This document shows positions 37,433 to 47,113 of a stretch of DNA of 64,000 bases, in pieces; position 1 is the first letter of the stretch, and every line of letters starts with the position of its first letter. The position numbers and the translations under genes are program-made. Under the pieces are notes generated by a model. It did not search any database. It was not told where the DNA came from and saw only the letters and a program-made list of their open reading frames with translations. The stretch comes from Alphaproteobacteria bacterium (lineage in GTDB: Bacteria > Pseudomonadota > Alphaproteobacteria > CALKHQ01), in contig CBDDFZ010000002.1 of assembly GCA_965227515.1 (NCBI GenBank), positions 896,001 through 960,000 on the forward strand, given 5' to 3'.

Positions 37433-38521
37433 ATGGGCAAGTGTCTCTCGCTCCTGTCGATATTGATCGGAATTGCGTTCGCTGCGGCAAGAGGGGCGGA
37501 TGCCGCGGACCAACCATATTGGGTGATTGACGGAATCGACGATCCCGCATTCCGGGATGCCGCGGTGAACTGGTTGCGCGGCGATGACGCTGGCGCGCTG
37601 CCTGAGCTGGCGCAGGCGGCCCATGATGGCAACCAGGCGGCGCAGATGCTGCTGGGCATGATCGAGCTGCGGGGCATGGACGACACAGCCTGGGTGGCGT
37701 CCCTCTCCGACGACGAATACGTCCACATCTTCCATCTTCGATCCGGTGGGCCCGAGCGCGGTTGGCTCCGCGTCGCCGCCGATGCGGGCAACCGTTTGGC
37801 GGCCCTCTTGGACGAGCGCCGCGGCGACATGGTCCATTTCGGAAGACTAGACGAAATTGCTGCAAGGCATGAGCCGCGTGCGGCCGCACATTACTTTCCC
37901 ATGCTCTTCAACGCGAAAGAGTGGGACATCCTCCGGTTCCTGGAGGATGCAGGCTATCTGAGTGGCCTGTCGCCCTATGTCTGGGCGGCCAGAACGTACA
38001 GCGAGACAGTCAGCGACGGTGAGACCTGGGATGAAGAACTCCAAGTGTACCGCGCGGGCGTGCTCGAGGGCTATCTGTTCGTGTTCTTGGCAGATCGCGA
38101 AGACGAGGCGCTCAGCGCCCTGAAAGAGGCGGAAAACGACACGCTTGGCGATGTCATGTACGGGTGGGCAAGTGTCGACCCGGACGAAGAAATGCCTGCG
38201 GAAGCAAAGACGGTGATTGACCGTTGGCTGACGGATTCACCGCACGCGGCACTTCTGCGGAACTGGTGCGCCGCCGGTTGTCGGGCGACGGCTGCGTTCA
38301 ATTGCCGGCGAAACCTGTATGCGCTGCTGCTGGGCGGGACGAATATTCCCCTTGTCGTGAGTTCGCCGTTGGAAACCATATTCGCGCAAGAGGATTGGGT
38401 CCGCACGCCCCGCGCTGGTTTGGTTCTGGAGGCTGCGGTCGCCGACCTGTTCGATTCCGAGCGGCTGGAACGCCTGGACCTTGAAAGCTGTGTCCTCAGG
38501 CGCTTGAGCGCAACCGACTAG
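37433..38521 (+). CDS. Hypothetical secreted protein
   Basis: GGAGG RBS, signal peptide, LA..A..GN.AA..LLG Sel1-like helix, Cys cluster near the C-terminus. Confidence 0.7.
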   Translation: MGKCLSLLSILIGIAFAAARGADAADQPYWVIDGIDDPAFRDAAVNWLRGDDAGALPELAQAAHDGNQAAQMLLGMIELRGMDDTAWVASLSDDEYVHIFHLRSGGPERGWLRVAADAGNRLAALLDERRGDMVHFGRLDEIAARHEPRAAAHYFPMLFNAKEWDILRFLEDAGYLSGLSPYVWAARTYSETVSDGETWDEELQVYRAGVLEGYLFVFLADREDEALSALKEAENDTLGDVMYGWASVDPDEEMPAEAKTVIDRWLTDSPHAALLRNWCAAGCRATAAFNCRRNLYALLLGGTNIPLVVSSPLETIFAQEDWVRTPRAGLVLEAAVADLFDSERLERLDLESCVLRRLSATD

Positions 38522-38533
38522 CTCCGTCAGGGC

Positions 38534-38614
38534 GCCCGGATGAAACGCAGTGGAATAGGGACACTGCGTGACGGCCAGAAATGTGCCCGGATTGCGCTAC
38601 GCTCCATCCGGGCT
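38534..38614. repeat. REP-type palindrome (family C), target of the IS; completed by CTACG at 40033
   Basis: cccggatgaaacgcagtggaataggg ... cccggattgcgctacgctccatccgggCT. Confidence 0.75.
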
Positions 38615-38654
38615 TCTGTAACGGGCCATTGTTGGTCAATCCCTTTTTCGTCGT

Positions 38655-38850
38655 CCCGGCGCCTGGGTCATGCTTCTGTACGGGGTCGGCGCAGGGCCGC
38701 CGCCAAGATGGATATGCGAGGATCGGTCGGTCCAATCTACGGAAGCGTGCTCTCATGCGAGGCGACATCCCGGATGGCGGCCTGACCTGATCCATCGTCC
38801 CGGCGCGGGACGGCGCTCGACGGGCCGGTGTCGGTGCCCGTCGAAGCTCG
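38655..38850 (-). ncRNA. Predicted bridge RNA/seekRNA (ends approximate)
   Basis: Contains target-matching and donor-matching segments in canonical order within stem-flanked loops. Confidence 0.75.
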
Positions 38851-38878
38851 TGTGTCGGTTCTCCTTATGCCGCGGCCA

Positions 38879-39922
38879 TCATGCTGTCGCCATCGCCGGG
38901 CGCACCGGTCCGGCATGGTTGAACGGTGTGCCGTCAACCCACATCCGGTGCATGATCACGGCGAGCCGGCGCGCCAGCGCGACCTTCGCCTTCCTCATGC
39001 CCGCACGCCTGGCCAGCTTCATCGCCCAGCTCTTCAGCCAGCCGCCCTCGATCGGCCGGGTCAGAACCACGTGTGCCGCCTCATAGAGGGCCGAGCGCAC
39101 ATCGGCGTCCCCTACCTTCGATATCCGCCCCATCACCTCGCTCTCGCCCGACTGGCGCTTGGTCGGCGTCAGGCCGAAGTGCGCACCCACCAGGCGCGAC
39201 GAGGCAAACCGCCCGGGGTCGTCCACTCCCGACAAGTAGGTCAGTCCGACAATGCTCCCCACGCCCGGCACCGTCATCAGCAGGCGAGCGCGATCGTCGG
39301 CCTGCGCCGCCGCCCGGACCTGCCGGTCCAGCGCCGTGAACGATAGCAACAGGCCATCGCGTGCCGACAGCAGCGCCCCCGCCACCGCCTCCAGTACCGG
39401 ATGCCCCGCCACAAGCTCCGAAATACGTGTCGAAAAGCTGCGCCTGGTGGTGTGCCCTACCTTCAGCCCGAAGTTCCGCAGCTGACCACGAAGGTGCATC
39501 TCAAGATCGTGCAGCTTCGCGCGGAGCTGGTCGCGACCCTTCAAAAGGGCCCGCATCTCCTGGGCCGCCAAAGACTTGCAGTGAACCGGACGAAACCAGC
39601 CCACACGCATCAGCTGAGCAATCCCGCGTGCGTCCGAGCGGTCCGACTTCACCGGCATCGTCGAAAGGGCCCGCGCAACATGACGCGTCTCCAGCAACTC
39701 AACCGAAAGACCGCCCTCGCTACATCCCCGCACAAGCCATTGCGACAACGGCCCCGCCTCAAGACCAATCCGCTCAACCGAAATCCCCAAAGACCCAAAC
39801 CACAACAACAAACCCGCCGGCGTGCTCGCAATACGAGCCTCGCAGACAATCCCGCCCGCGCCGTCAACAACGCACACCGATGACCATTCCAAAGAAACGT
39901 CAATCCCGGCATAGTAGTTCAT
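38879..39922 (-). CDS. IS110 family recombinase/transposase
   Basis: DEDD RuvC-like GIDVS, LEAG, KSDRSDA; VPGVG, GLTP...QSG (Ser), KAKVALARRLA. Confidence 0.95.
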   Translation of the reverse strand: MNYYAGIDVSLEWSSVCVVDGAGGIVCEARIASTPAGLLLWFGSLGISVERIGLEAGPLSQWLVRGCSEGGLSVELLETRHVARALSTMPVKSDRSDARGIAQLMRVGWFRPVHCKSLAAQEMRALLKGRDQLRAKLHDLEMHLRGQLRNFGLKVGHTTRRSFSTRISELVAGHPVLEAVAGALLSARDGLLLSFTALDRQVRAAAQADDRARLLMTVPGVGSIVGLTYLSGVDDPGRFASSRLVGAHFGLTPTKRQSGESEVMGRISKVGDADVRSALYEAAHVVLTRPIEGGWLKSWAMKLARRAGMRKAKVALARRLAVIMHRMWVDGTPFNHAGPVRPAMATA

Positions 39923-40130
39923 GGTCGTCTCTCCTCGATGTCTTGGAGCGGCAAACCCGACTCCGTGTATGACACCGACATCTTGAGGGACGACCACTCA
40001 TGCACGCCACCAAACAAGGGCCGTTAGCCCATCTACGCTTGCTGGCAAGTGGGCAACGCCCTGGTTTGCACTGCGGGCGATCCATCCGATCCCGGCTAAT
40101 TCGTAGCCCAGAAGTCTGGAAAACTGCCGG

Positions 40131-40793
40131 TCAGAGCGCGTCTGTGGGTGTCAGTTCCAGTGTCCCAACTGCCTCAAGGCCACCGAGCACGGCGTCGACA
40201 GCAATGGTCGCGAGAAGAATGCCCATGACACGGCTGATCACGTTTGCCCCGGTCGAGCCCAGAACCGGTTTCAGTTTCGAGGCGGCCAGGAGCAAGAGCA
40301 AGGTTATAGCCATGACCACAAGCAGCAGGCCCGCCGTCACAGCCTGCTCCGACACGGTGTTCTCCTTGTTGTCGGTAAGCACGACAATCGCCAGCATAGC
40401 GCCCGGCGATGCGATGGACGGCATCGCCAGTGGGAATACCACGCCGGCCAAGTGATTGCGCTCGGCCTCGTGAATTTCTTGCTCGGACTTGGATTCACCA
40501 AATATCATGGTCATCGCAAAGATGAAAAGTACGATGCCGCCGGCTATTTGAAACGAGCCAAATCTCAGTCCAAGTGCTTCCAAAATCAACTGCCCTCCGA
40601 CCAGGAAGACCAGGAGAACAATTGTTGCTATCAGTACGGCACGAATTACAAAGGCGCGGTGCAGGTGTTTGGGTACGCCGGCCGTTGCAAAATATAAAAC
40701 TGGCAGGCTGCCAATCGGATCGACAACCACAAGGATAGTTATGAATTCTCGCACCAAGTTCGGCAGGTTAGCAGCAGAGAAAAGGTGTTCCAC
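40131..40793 (-). CDS. MarC family membrane protein
   Basis: DPIG, FQIAGG, FPLAMP.IA.PG, RVMGILL; GTG start. Confidence 0.9.
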   Translation of the reverse strand: MEHLFSAANLPNLVREFITILVVVDPIGSLPVLYFATAGVPKHLHRAFVIRAVLIATIVLLVFLVGGQLILEALGLRFGSFQIAGGIVLFIFAMTMIFGESKSEQEIHEAERNHLAGVVFPLAMPSIASPGAMLAIVVLTDNKENTVSEQAVTAGLLLVVMAITLLLLLAASKLKPVLGSTGANVISRVMGILLATIAVDAVLGGLEAVGTLELTPTDAL

Positions 40794-41030
40794 GCAGCAT
40801 CCTTTTTCCAGATAATAGAAACCTAAGATACTATATGCGATTGCGCTCGTTTCGATAAGTGAAATTCACGTTGGCATAGGTTTCTTGCCGGAAAACACAT
40901 TACTGACGTCAGATGAGCGCGATGTGGCCAAGTGTATTGTGGATGTCGGTGCCGGTCCGGCCGACGGCAGCCTCGCCTCAGAACATCCATAACCCAGTTG
41001 TTGTGAACCGCGCCAAACGCGGCGGCGCCC

Positions 41031-42104
41031 CTAAATAATCTCGTCCTCGTCGAACATCGGGTCGGCTTCGAGCTGGGTGGTCAGGCTCTCTATGGCGGCC
41101 TCGGGGTCGGCGCGCACGGTCTCGGCCATGTGGAACAGGGCATCGCCCTCGTTGACCACCGGCATGTTGGTGCGGCCGATCACGATGCCGGGCACCGGGC
41201 TCTTCACCTCGACCTCGTTGTCGCCGAACGGGTCCGAGATCACGCCCAGCACGTCGTCCTCGTCCACATGCTCGCCCACGGCCTTGAAGGCGCGGAGCAG
41301 GCCGCCCAGCGGCGCGCGCAGCCAAGTGCTGGCGTGGACCTGGATCGGGCGCGCCTTGGCCTTGGTGATGCCCTTGCGCGGCAGCATGTCCATGGCGTGC
41401 ATCACCCGCAGGATGCCGGAGACGCCAGCGCGGCCCGACAGCTCGTCGAACCGCAGCGCCTCGCCAGCCTCGAACAGCAGCACGTCGACGCCGGCCGACT
41501 TCGCCGCCATGCGCAGCGAGCCTTCGCGCAGCTTGGCCCGGATCACGATCGGCGCGCCGAAAGTGGCCGCCAGGTGCAGCGTCTCCTTCTGCGTTGACGA
41601 CACCCGGATCTGCGGCAGGTTCATGCGGTGGATGGCGGCGGAGTGCAGGTCGATGCCGAAGTCGGACCGGCGCACGATCTCGCGCATGAACAGGCTGGCC
41701 AGCCGCCCGGCCAGCGAGCCGCTCTCGGTGCCGGGGAACGAGCGGTTGAGGTCGCGCCGGTCAGGCAGGTAGCGCGAGTGGTTCAGGAAACCGAAGGTGT
41801 TGACGATTGGCACCACCAGCAGCGTGCCGCGCAGCGCGTCGAGCAGGGGAGAGCGCAACAGGCGCCGCGCGATCTCCACCCCGATGATCTCGTCGCCGTG
41901 GATGGCGGCGCTGACGAACAGGGTCGGGCCGGCCCGCCTGCCGTTCACCACGTGCACCGGCATGGTGACCGGCGCGTGGTTCGACAGCACGCTGACCGGC
42001 AGCTCCACGGTCTGGCGCGACCCCGGCGCGATCCGTGCGGTGCCGATCTCGAATGCGGCGCGACGTGCCACTACGGATGCCTCCGTGCCTTTGACATCCG
42101 ACAT
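41031..42104 (-). CDS. Succinylglutamate desuccinylase/aspartoacylase (M14) family protein
   Basis: IHGDE, DLNRSFPG, IDLHS, FEAGE. Confidence 0.9.
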   Translation of the reverse strand: MSDVKGTEASVVARRAAFEIGTARIAPGSRQTVELPVSVLSNHAPVTMPVHVVNGRRAGPTLFVSAAIHGDEIIGVEIARRLLRSPLLDALRGTLLVVPIVNTFGFLNHSRYLPDRRDLNRSFPGTESGSLAGRLASLFMREIVRRSDFGIDLHSAAIHRMNLPQIRVSSTQKETLHLAATFGAPIVIRAKLREGSLRMAAKSAGVDVLLFEAGEALRFDELSGRAGVSGILRVMHAMDMLPRKGITKAKARPIQVHASTWLRAPLGGLLRAFKAVGEHVDEDDVLGVISDPFGDNEVEVKSPVPGIVIGRTNMPVVNEGDALFHMAETVRADPEAAIESLTTQLEADPMFDEDEII

Positions 42105-42149
42105 GTGTGCGGCACGCGTTCGGAGCTAGATGTCAGCAATACTCACCTC

Positions 42150-42320
42150 GTCGCCCTCGCACTTGTTGCGAGGGCCTATTCTTGGCTGGAACCTGCCATA
42201 CGTACATGATCCTCGCAGTGCGCTGGCAGTCAACAGCCCGCCACCAGGCTTTCGGGGGGCGCTCGCAACACACTGATATATTGGACATAAATGGATCCTC
42301 GGGACGAGCCCGAGGATGAC
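42150..42320. repeat. REP/MITE-like palindromic element (family A) inside the rimK operon
   Basis: gtcgccctcgcacttgttgcgagggc ... atggatcctcgggacgagcccgaggatgac. Confidence 0.8.
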
Positions 42321-42375
42321 GATCGGGTGATTGTGTTGTTGAAATCCGTGACCTCGCTAAAATAGGGCGGTGCAC

Positions 42376-43281
42376 CTACCCGCGGCCCTTGGTCTTGGTC
42401 TTGCCTGGCTTGGCGTGGGTCGCCAGGAAGTCGATGATCTGGCCGGCCACGTCCTTGCCGGTGGCTTTCTCCACGCCCTCCAGGCCCGGCGAGGAGTTCA
42501 CTTCCATCACCACGGGGCCGTGGTTGGACCGCAGCATGTCGACGCCGCAGACGTTGAGGCCCATCGCCTTGGCGGCGCGCAACGCGGTCGCGCGTTCCTC
42601 CGGCGAGATGCGAATGGCCTGGGCGCTGCCGCCGCGGTGCAGGTTGGAACGGAACTCGCCTTCCGCGCCGCTGCGCTTCATCGCCGCGACCACCTTGCCG
42701 CCGACGACCAGCGCGCGAATGTCGGTGCCGCCGGCCTCCTTGATGAACTCCTGCACCAGGATGTTCACGCCGGCGCCGCGGAATGCTTCGATCACAGACT
42801 TCGCCGAGCGGTCGGTATCCGCCAGCACCACGCCGATGCCCTGGGTGCCTTCCAGCAGCTTCACCACCATGGGCGCGCCGCCGGCCAGCTTTACCACTTC
42901 CTCTGTCTGCTTCGGATCGTGGGCGAAGGTGGTCACCGGCAGGCCGATGCCGTCACGCGCCAGGAGCTGCATCGAGCGCAGCTTGTCGCGCGAGCGGCCG
43001 ATGCCGACCGATTCGTTCAGCGGGTAGACGCCCATCATCTCGAACTGGCGCAGCACGGCCAGCCCGTAGAAGGTGACGGAGGCGCCGATGCGCGGGATCA
43101 CCGCGTCGTACGACGGCAGCTTCTCGCCGTTGTAGTAGATCTCCGGCCGGCGCGCCGCGATGTTCATGTAGCAGCGCAGCGTGTTGATGATGTCGAGCTC
43201 GTGCCCCCGCTCCTCCGCAGCCTCCTTCAATCGCGTGTGCGAGTAGAGGTTGGGGTTGCGGGCCAACATTGCGATTTTCAT
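42376..43281 (-). CDS. rimK: Ribosomal protein S6-L-glutamate ligase (ATP-grasp)
   Basis: [34 protein letters not shown]. Confidence 0.95.
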   Translation of the reverse strand: MKIAMLARNPNLYSHTRLKEAAEERGHELDIINTLRCYMNIAARRPEIYYNGEKLPSYDAVIPRIGASVTFYGLAVLRQFEMMGVYPLNESVGIGRSRDKLRSMQLLARDGIGLPVTTFAHDPKQTEEVVKLAGGAPMVVKLLEGTQGIGVVLADTDRSAKSVIEAFRGAGVNILVQEFIKEAGGTDIRALVVGGKVVAAMKRSGAEGEFRSNLHRGGSAQAIRISPEERATALRAAKAMGLNVCGVDMLRSNHGPVVMEVNSSPGLEGVEKATGKDVAGQIIDFLATHAKPGKTKTKGRG

Positions 43282-43766
43282 GCGTGTTCTCCTGGCGCGA
43301 CCCGGTCTTTCAGCCGCGCTTTGGGTGGACCGGCCAGAAACGAGTGTGCCGGATCGACCAGGATGCGCCGCCGCCGGATGGCGGTGCGGCCCAGGATCAT
43401 ATCGAAGCCCATCTGCGCCCTGTCGGCCAGCGAGCATTCGATATGCCATTTGTGCCGGCCCAGCAGGACCAGCGTCGAAATCACGTGGCGGCGCTCGGGG
43501 ACGCCGCTGGTATTCTTGATATCGCGCTGCCCGATCAGCGGGGCCTCGCAGATCGGCCCGTGGCGATGGTTGGAGATGGGCAGCACGAAACGTACCCAGA
43601 GCTGGCCATCGCGCTCGAACTCCTCCTGCTCCTCGCCGTGCAGCGCCGAGGTGCGCGCGCCGGTGTCGATCTTCACCTTCATCGACGGAACCGCGAAATC
43701 GGGCAGGCTGATCAGTTCCCGCCAGCCAATCACTTCCGGCGGGCGTTTCGGACGAATGGCGTTCAC
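43278..43766 (-). CDS. RimK-associated retropepsin-like peptidase (RimB-type)
   Basis: [22 protein letters not shown]. Confidence 0.88.
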   Translation of the reverse strand: MNAIRPKRPPEVIGWRELISLPDFAVPSMKVKIDTGARTSALHGEEQEEFERDGQLWVRFVLPISNHRHGPICEAPLIGQRDIKNTSGVPERRHVISTLVLLGRHKWHIECSLADRAQMGFDMILGRTAIRRRRILVDPAHSFLAGPPKARLKDRVAPGEHA

Positions 43767-44050
43767 GTCAGGCAGTCCTCGTTGGCGCGCCGGTAGTTGG
43801 TAAAGGCATTCGCCGACATCACGACGAAAAACGTCTCCATGTCGATCAACACGTAGCCTGCCTCGAACACCGCGCGCTGCAAATCGCGCACGTCATCTTC
43901 GTACAACCGGCGGCGCCCTGCCAACTGGCGCACCAGCTTCATCGGAATGCGGAACCGCCCGCCCGTCTTGCCGCCGAACGCCTTGTCGTAGAGCGCCACC
44001 AGTTTCGCGGCCGTCGTCTCGACCCAGGGCGTGTGCTGCGTCGTCGTCAT
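43763..44050 (-). CDS. Small hypothetical protein heading the rimK operon
   Basis: FGGK..GRFRI, RRRLY, F.NYRR; stop overlaps the next start. Confidence 0.72.
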   Translation of the reverse strand: MTTTQHTPWVETTAAKLVALYDKAFGGKTGGRFRIPMKLVRQLAGRRRLYEDDVRDLQRAVFEAGYVLIDMETFFVVMSANAFTNYRRANEDCLT

Positions 44051-44148
44051 GATGAGTTCATACTCAGGCAAAAATAATTTGTCCATAGGTAAAAAAATAT
44101 ATATGACAATTTCGATCCGGCGCGTGGCGCCGGCAGTCAGGAGCTCGC

Positions 44149-45564
44149 ATGACCGACAAGGATCCCACCCCCGAGCAGGACCGCGTTGAAGGCGATGCCG
44201 ACCCCACGCCCGAGAGCGCGCCCGAAAGCACAACCGAGACGATCCGGCGCCTGTTGGAGGGCGAAGACGGCGATGCGCTGTCCGCATTGCTGGACCCGCT
44301 GCCGCTGAGCGATGCGCTGCGCGAACTGCTGCTGTTGTCGCCGGATGAGCGCGACGCGGTGCTGTCGCTGGTGTCGCTGGAGCTTGCCGCCGCACTGATC
44401 GAGGAGGCGCCGACGGAGCTTGCCGTCGATCTGGTCAGGCGCATGGAAGCGTCCCAGGCCGCCGCGATCATCGACGAGCTGGACAGTGACGTGCAGGCCG
44501 ACGTCATCGGCGAGTTGAAGGCGGCCGATGCCGAGGCGATCCTGTCCGAGCTGGATGCCGAGGACGCCGAGGATGTGCGCCGGCTGGCCGAGTACGACGA
44601 CGACACCGCCGGCGGCCTGATGGTGGCGGAGGCGTTCACCTTCCTGGAGACCGACACCGTCGGCAAGGTGCTGCGCGGGCTTTCCACCGACGACGACGAC
44701 TTCGAGCGCTATCGCGGCCAGCACCCTTACATCGTGGATGCCGAGGGGCGCCCGATCGGCGTGGTGTCGCTGCGCGGCCTGCTGACCTCCAAGCGCAGCG
44801 CCAAGCTGCCGGAGATCATGTCGACCCCGATCACCGTGCCGGTGGACATGGGGCTGGACGCGCTGCAGGACATCTTCGACGAGAACCCGTTCCTGGGCCT
44901 GCCGGTGGTGGAGGCCGACGGCACGCTGGTGGGCGTGGTGTCGCGCGCGGCGGTCGACTTCGCGATCCTGGAGCGCGCGGAGACCGAAAGCATGCGCCGC
45001 CAGGGCGTGGTCGGCGACGAGCTGCGCTCGATGCCGCTGCAACTGCGCGCCCGCCGCCGGCTGGCGTGGCTGTCGGCCAACATCGTGCTCAACATCATCG
45101 CCGCCAGCGTGATCTCCGCCTACGAGGAGACGCTCGCGGCCGTGATCGCGATTGCCGTGTTCCTGCCGATGGTGTCCGACATGAGCGGATGCTCCGGCAA
45201 CCAGGCGGTGGCGGTAACCATGCGCGAGCTGGCGCTGGGCCTGGTCAGGCCGGTCGACGCCTTCCGCGTCTGGATGAAGGAAGCCTCGGTCGGGCTGATC
45301 AACGGCATCGCGCTCGGCATCCTGATCGGCATCGTCGCCTGGGTGTGGAAGGGCAACGTCTATCTGGGCGTCGTCATCGGCGTGGCGCTGGCGCTCAACA
45401 CCCTGATCGCGGTGTCGATCGGCGGCGTGGTGCCGCTGTTGCTGAAGCGCTTCAAGCAGGACCCGGCGGTGGCCAGCGGCCCGCTGCTGACCACCATCAC
45501 CGATATGGCCGGCTTCTTCCTTGTGCTCAGCCTGGCCAGCGTGATGATGTCGGTGCTGGTATAG
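44149..45564 (+). CDS. mgtE: Magnesium transporter MgtE
   Basis: Acidic N domain, CBS pair (TAGGLM), RRLAWL, G.SG.Q, DPAVASGPLLTTITD. Confidence 0.93.
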   Translation: MTDKDPTPEQDRVEGDADPTPESAPESTTETIRRLLEGEDGDALSALLDPLPLSDALRELLLLSPDERDAVLSLVSLELAAALIEEAPTELAVDLVRRMEASQAAAIIDELDSDVQADVIGELKAADAEAILSELDAEDAEDVRRLAEYDDDTAGGLMVAEAFTFLETDTVGKVLRGLSTDDDDFERYRGQHPYIVDAEGRPIGVVSLRGLLTSKRSAKLPEIMSTPITVPVDMGLDALQDIFDENPFLGLPVVEADGTLVGVVSRAAVDFAILERAETESMRRQGVVGDELRSMPLQLRARRRLAWLSANIVLNIIAASVISAYEETLAAVIAIAVFLPMVSDMSGCSGNQAVAVTMRELALGLVRPVDAFRVWMKEASVGLINGIALGILIGIVAWVWKGNVYLGVVIGVALALNTLIAVSIGGVVPLLLKRFKQDPAVASGPLLTTITDMAGFFLVLSLASVMMSVLV

Positions 45565-45599
45565 GGCTGGCGGCGTAGCGACGACATGGAGCGAGGGGC

Positions 45600-46013
45600 A
45601 TGGTCTTCGACCGGGAATTGATCTCGAACGGCAACCCGATGGAGGCGGTGGTCGGTTTCAGCCGCGCCGTGCGGGTGGGCCCGTTCATCAGCATCGGCGG
45701 GACGGCGCCGGTCGGGCCCGATGGCAAGACCGTCGGCGTCGGCGAGGTGGCGGCGCAGACCCGGCAGTGCATCGAGATCATCAAGGCGGCGTTGGAGCAG
45801 GCAGGCTCTGGCCTGCACGACGTCGTGCGCACCAGGGTGATCCTGACCAACATTGACGACTGGAAGGCGGCCATCGACGTGCGGAAGGCGTATTTCCGCG
45901 ACGTGCGGCCGGTGGACACGATCATGGCGGTCGACCGCTTCGTCAATCCGGAATGGCTGGTCGAACTGGAGGCCGATGCCATCGTCCAGGGCTGGCCGGC
46001 GGGTGCCGGCTGA
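45600..46013 (+). CDS. RidA/YjgF family protein
   Basis: GFSRAVRVG, WLVELEADA. Confidence 0.88.
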   Translation: MVFDRELISNGNPMEAVVGFSRAVRVGPFISIGGTAPVGPDGKTVGVGEVAAQTRQCIEIIKAALEQAGSGLHDVVRTRVILTNIDDWKAAIDVRKAYFRDVRPVDTIMAVDRFVNPEWLVELEADAIVQGWPAGAG

Positions 46014-46179
46014 TCGGTCGCGTGGCGCCGAGGCGCTAGGTCACACGCGGTTTTGTTGACGCCCGGTATTGTTGACGGGGACGGCGCAGGCGCATAGACC
46101 TTGAACGTGCTGGGAGGCGTCCGAACCGGTGCCACCCGGCGACTATTTTCCGGCGCCCACTTCAATGGCGAGTCCCCCC

Positions 46180-46572
46180 ATGTCCGCGACCGAACGCCCG
46201 CTTTCCCCGCACCTCCAGGTCTACCGGCTGCCGTTCACGGCCATCCTGTCGATCCTGCACCGGCTGACCGGCATCGCGCTGTACGGCGGCACGTTCGTGT
46301 GGGTGTGGTGGCTGGCGGGCGCCGGGCTGGACGGCGATCTGTTCGACGCCGCCGCCTGGTTCCTCGGCTCCTGGCTCGGCTACATCATCCTGATCGGATG
46401 GACGTTCGCGCTGTTCCTGCACCTGGGCAACGGCATTCGGCACCTGTTCTGGGACGTTGGGCGCGGTTACGAGCTGAAGACCGCGGACGCCTCGGGCTGG
46501 CTGGTGGTGCTGGCCGCAGCCGGGCTGACCGTGGCGACCTGGATCGCCGCGTTCATCGTGATGGCGGATTGA
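46180..46572 (+). CDS. sdhC: Succinate dehydrogenase cytochrome b556 subunit
   Basis: RPLSPHL, SILHRLTG, GIRHL.WD. Confidence 0.96.
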   Translation: MSATERPLSPHLQVYRLPFTAILSILHRLTGIALYGGTFVWVWWLAGAGLDGDLFDAAAWFLGSWLGYIILIGWTFALFLHLGNGIRHLFWDVGRGYELKTADASGWLVVLAAAGLTVATWIAAFIVMAD

Positions 46573-46584
46573 GGGAGGGCGGCG

Positions 46585-46974
46585 ATGAAGACTTCTAACA
46601 GCATGCGCACGCCCATCGGCCGGGTCCGTGGGCTGGGGTCCGCGAAAGAGGGCGTCGAGCACTGGTGGCTGCAGCGGTTGACCGCCATCGCCCTGGTGCC
46701 GCTGGTGATCTGGTACGTGATCTCGCTGATCGCCCACGCCGGCGCTGAACGTGGCGACGTGCAGGAGTGGCTGGCCAACCCGTTCTCGGCCATCGCCTCG
46801 GTGCTGCTGATCGTCGCGACGATGTGGCACGCGCAGCTCGGTTTGCAGGTGGTCATCGAGGACTATGTTCATTCCGAATGGAAGAAGATCACGCTGTTGG
46901 TGCTGAACAAGTTCGCGTCGATCGTGCTGGCGGCGATCGCGATCTTTGCGGTGCTGCGAATCGCGTTTGAGTAA
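46585..46974 (+). CDS. sdhD: Succinate dehydrogenase hydrophobic anchor
   Basis: HWWLQRLTA, GLQVVIEDYVH. Confidence 0.96.
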   Translation: MKTSNSMRTPIGRVRGLGSAKEGVEHWWLQRLTAIALVPLVIWYVISLIAHAGAERGDVQEWLANPFSAIASVLLIVATMWHAQLGLQVVIEDYVHSEWKKITLLVLNKFASIVLAAIAIFAVLRIAFE

Positions 46975-46976
46975 AC

Positions 46977-47065
46977 CAATAACGGTGACAGTTTACTAAA
47001 TACGCGTGCAGGCCTTGCGGTTCGATTGGCGCAGAAGGGTATTTAGTAAACTGTCACCGTTATTG
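46977..47065. repeat. Perfect 27-bp inverted repeat, MITE-like
   Basis: caataacggtgacagtttactaaatac / gtatttagtaaactgtcaccgttattg, 35-nt loop. Confidence 0.9.
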
Positions 47066-47113
47066 AGCTGCGATGAGTTATCTCATCGCGCCCAATGTGA
47101 AATGGAGTGACCC

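Larger units (their letters stand above)
38615..40032 (-). mobile_element. IS110-family element, IS1111-type
   Basis: CT on both flanks (38613-14, 40033-34); imperfect subterminal inverted repeats taacgggccattgttgg (38619) / ccaaacaagggccgtta (ends 40026), 4 and 6 nt from the ends; long non-coding end downstream of the transposase. Confidence 0.88.

Noticed and set aside
44051-44148. Mg2+ riboswitch upstream of mgtE
   Set aside because: The gap is too short and AT-rich for an M-box; no recognisable structure.
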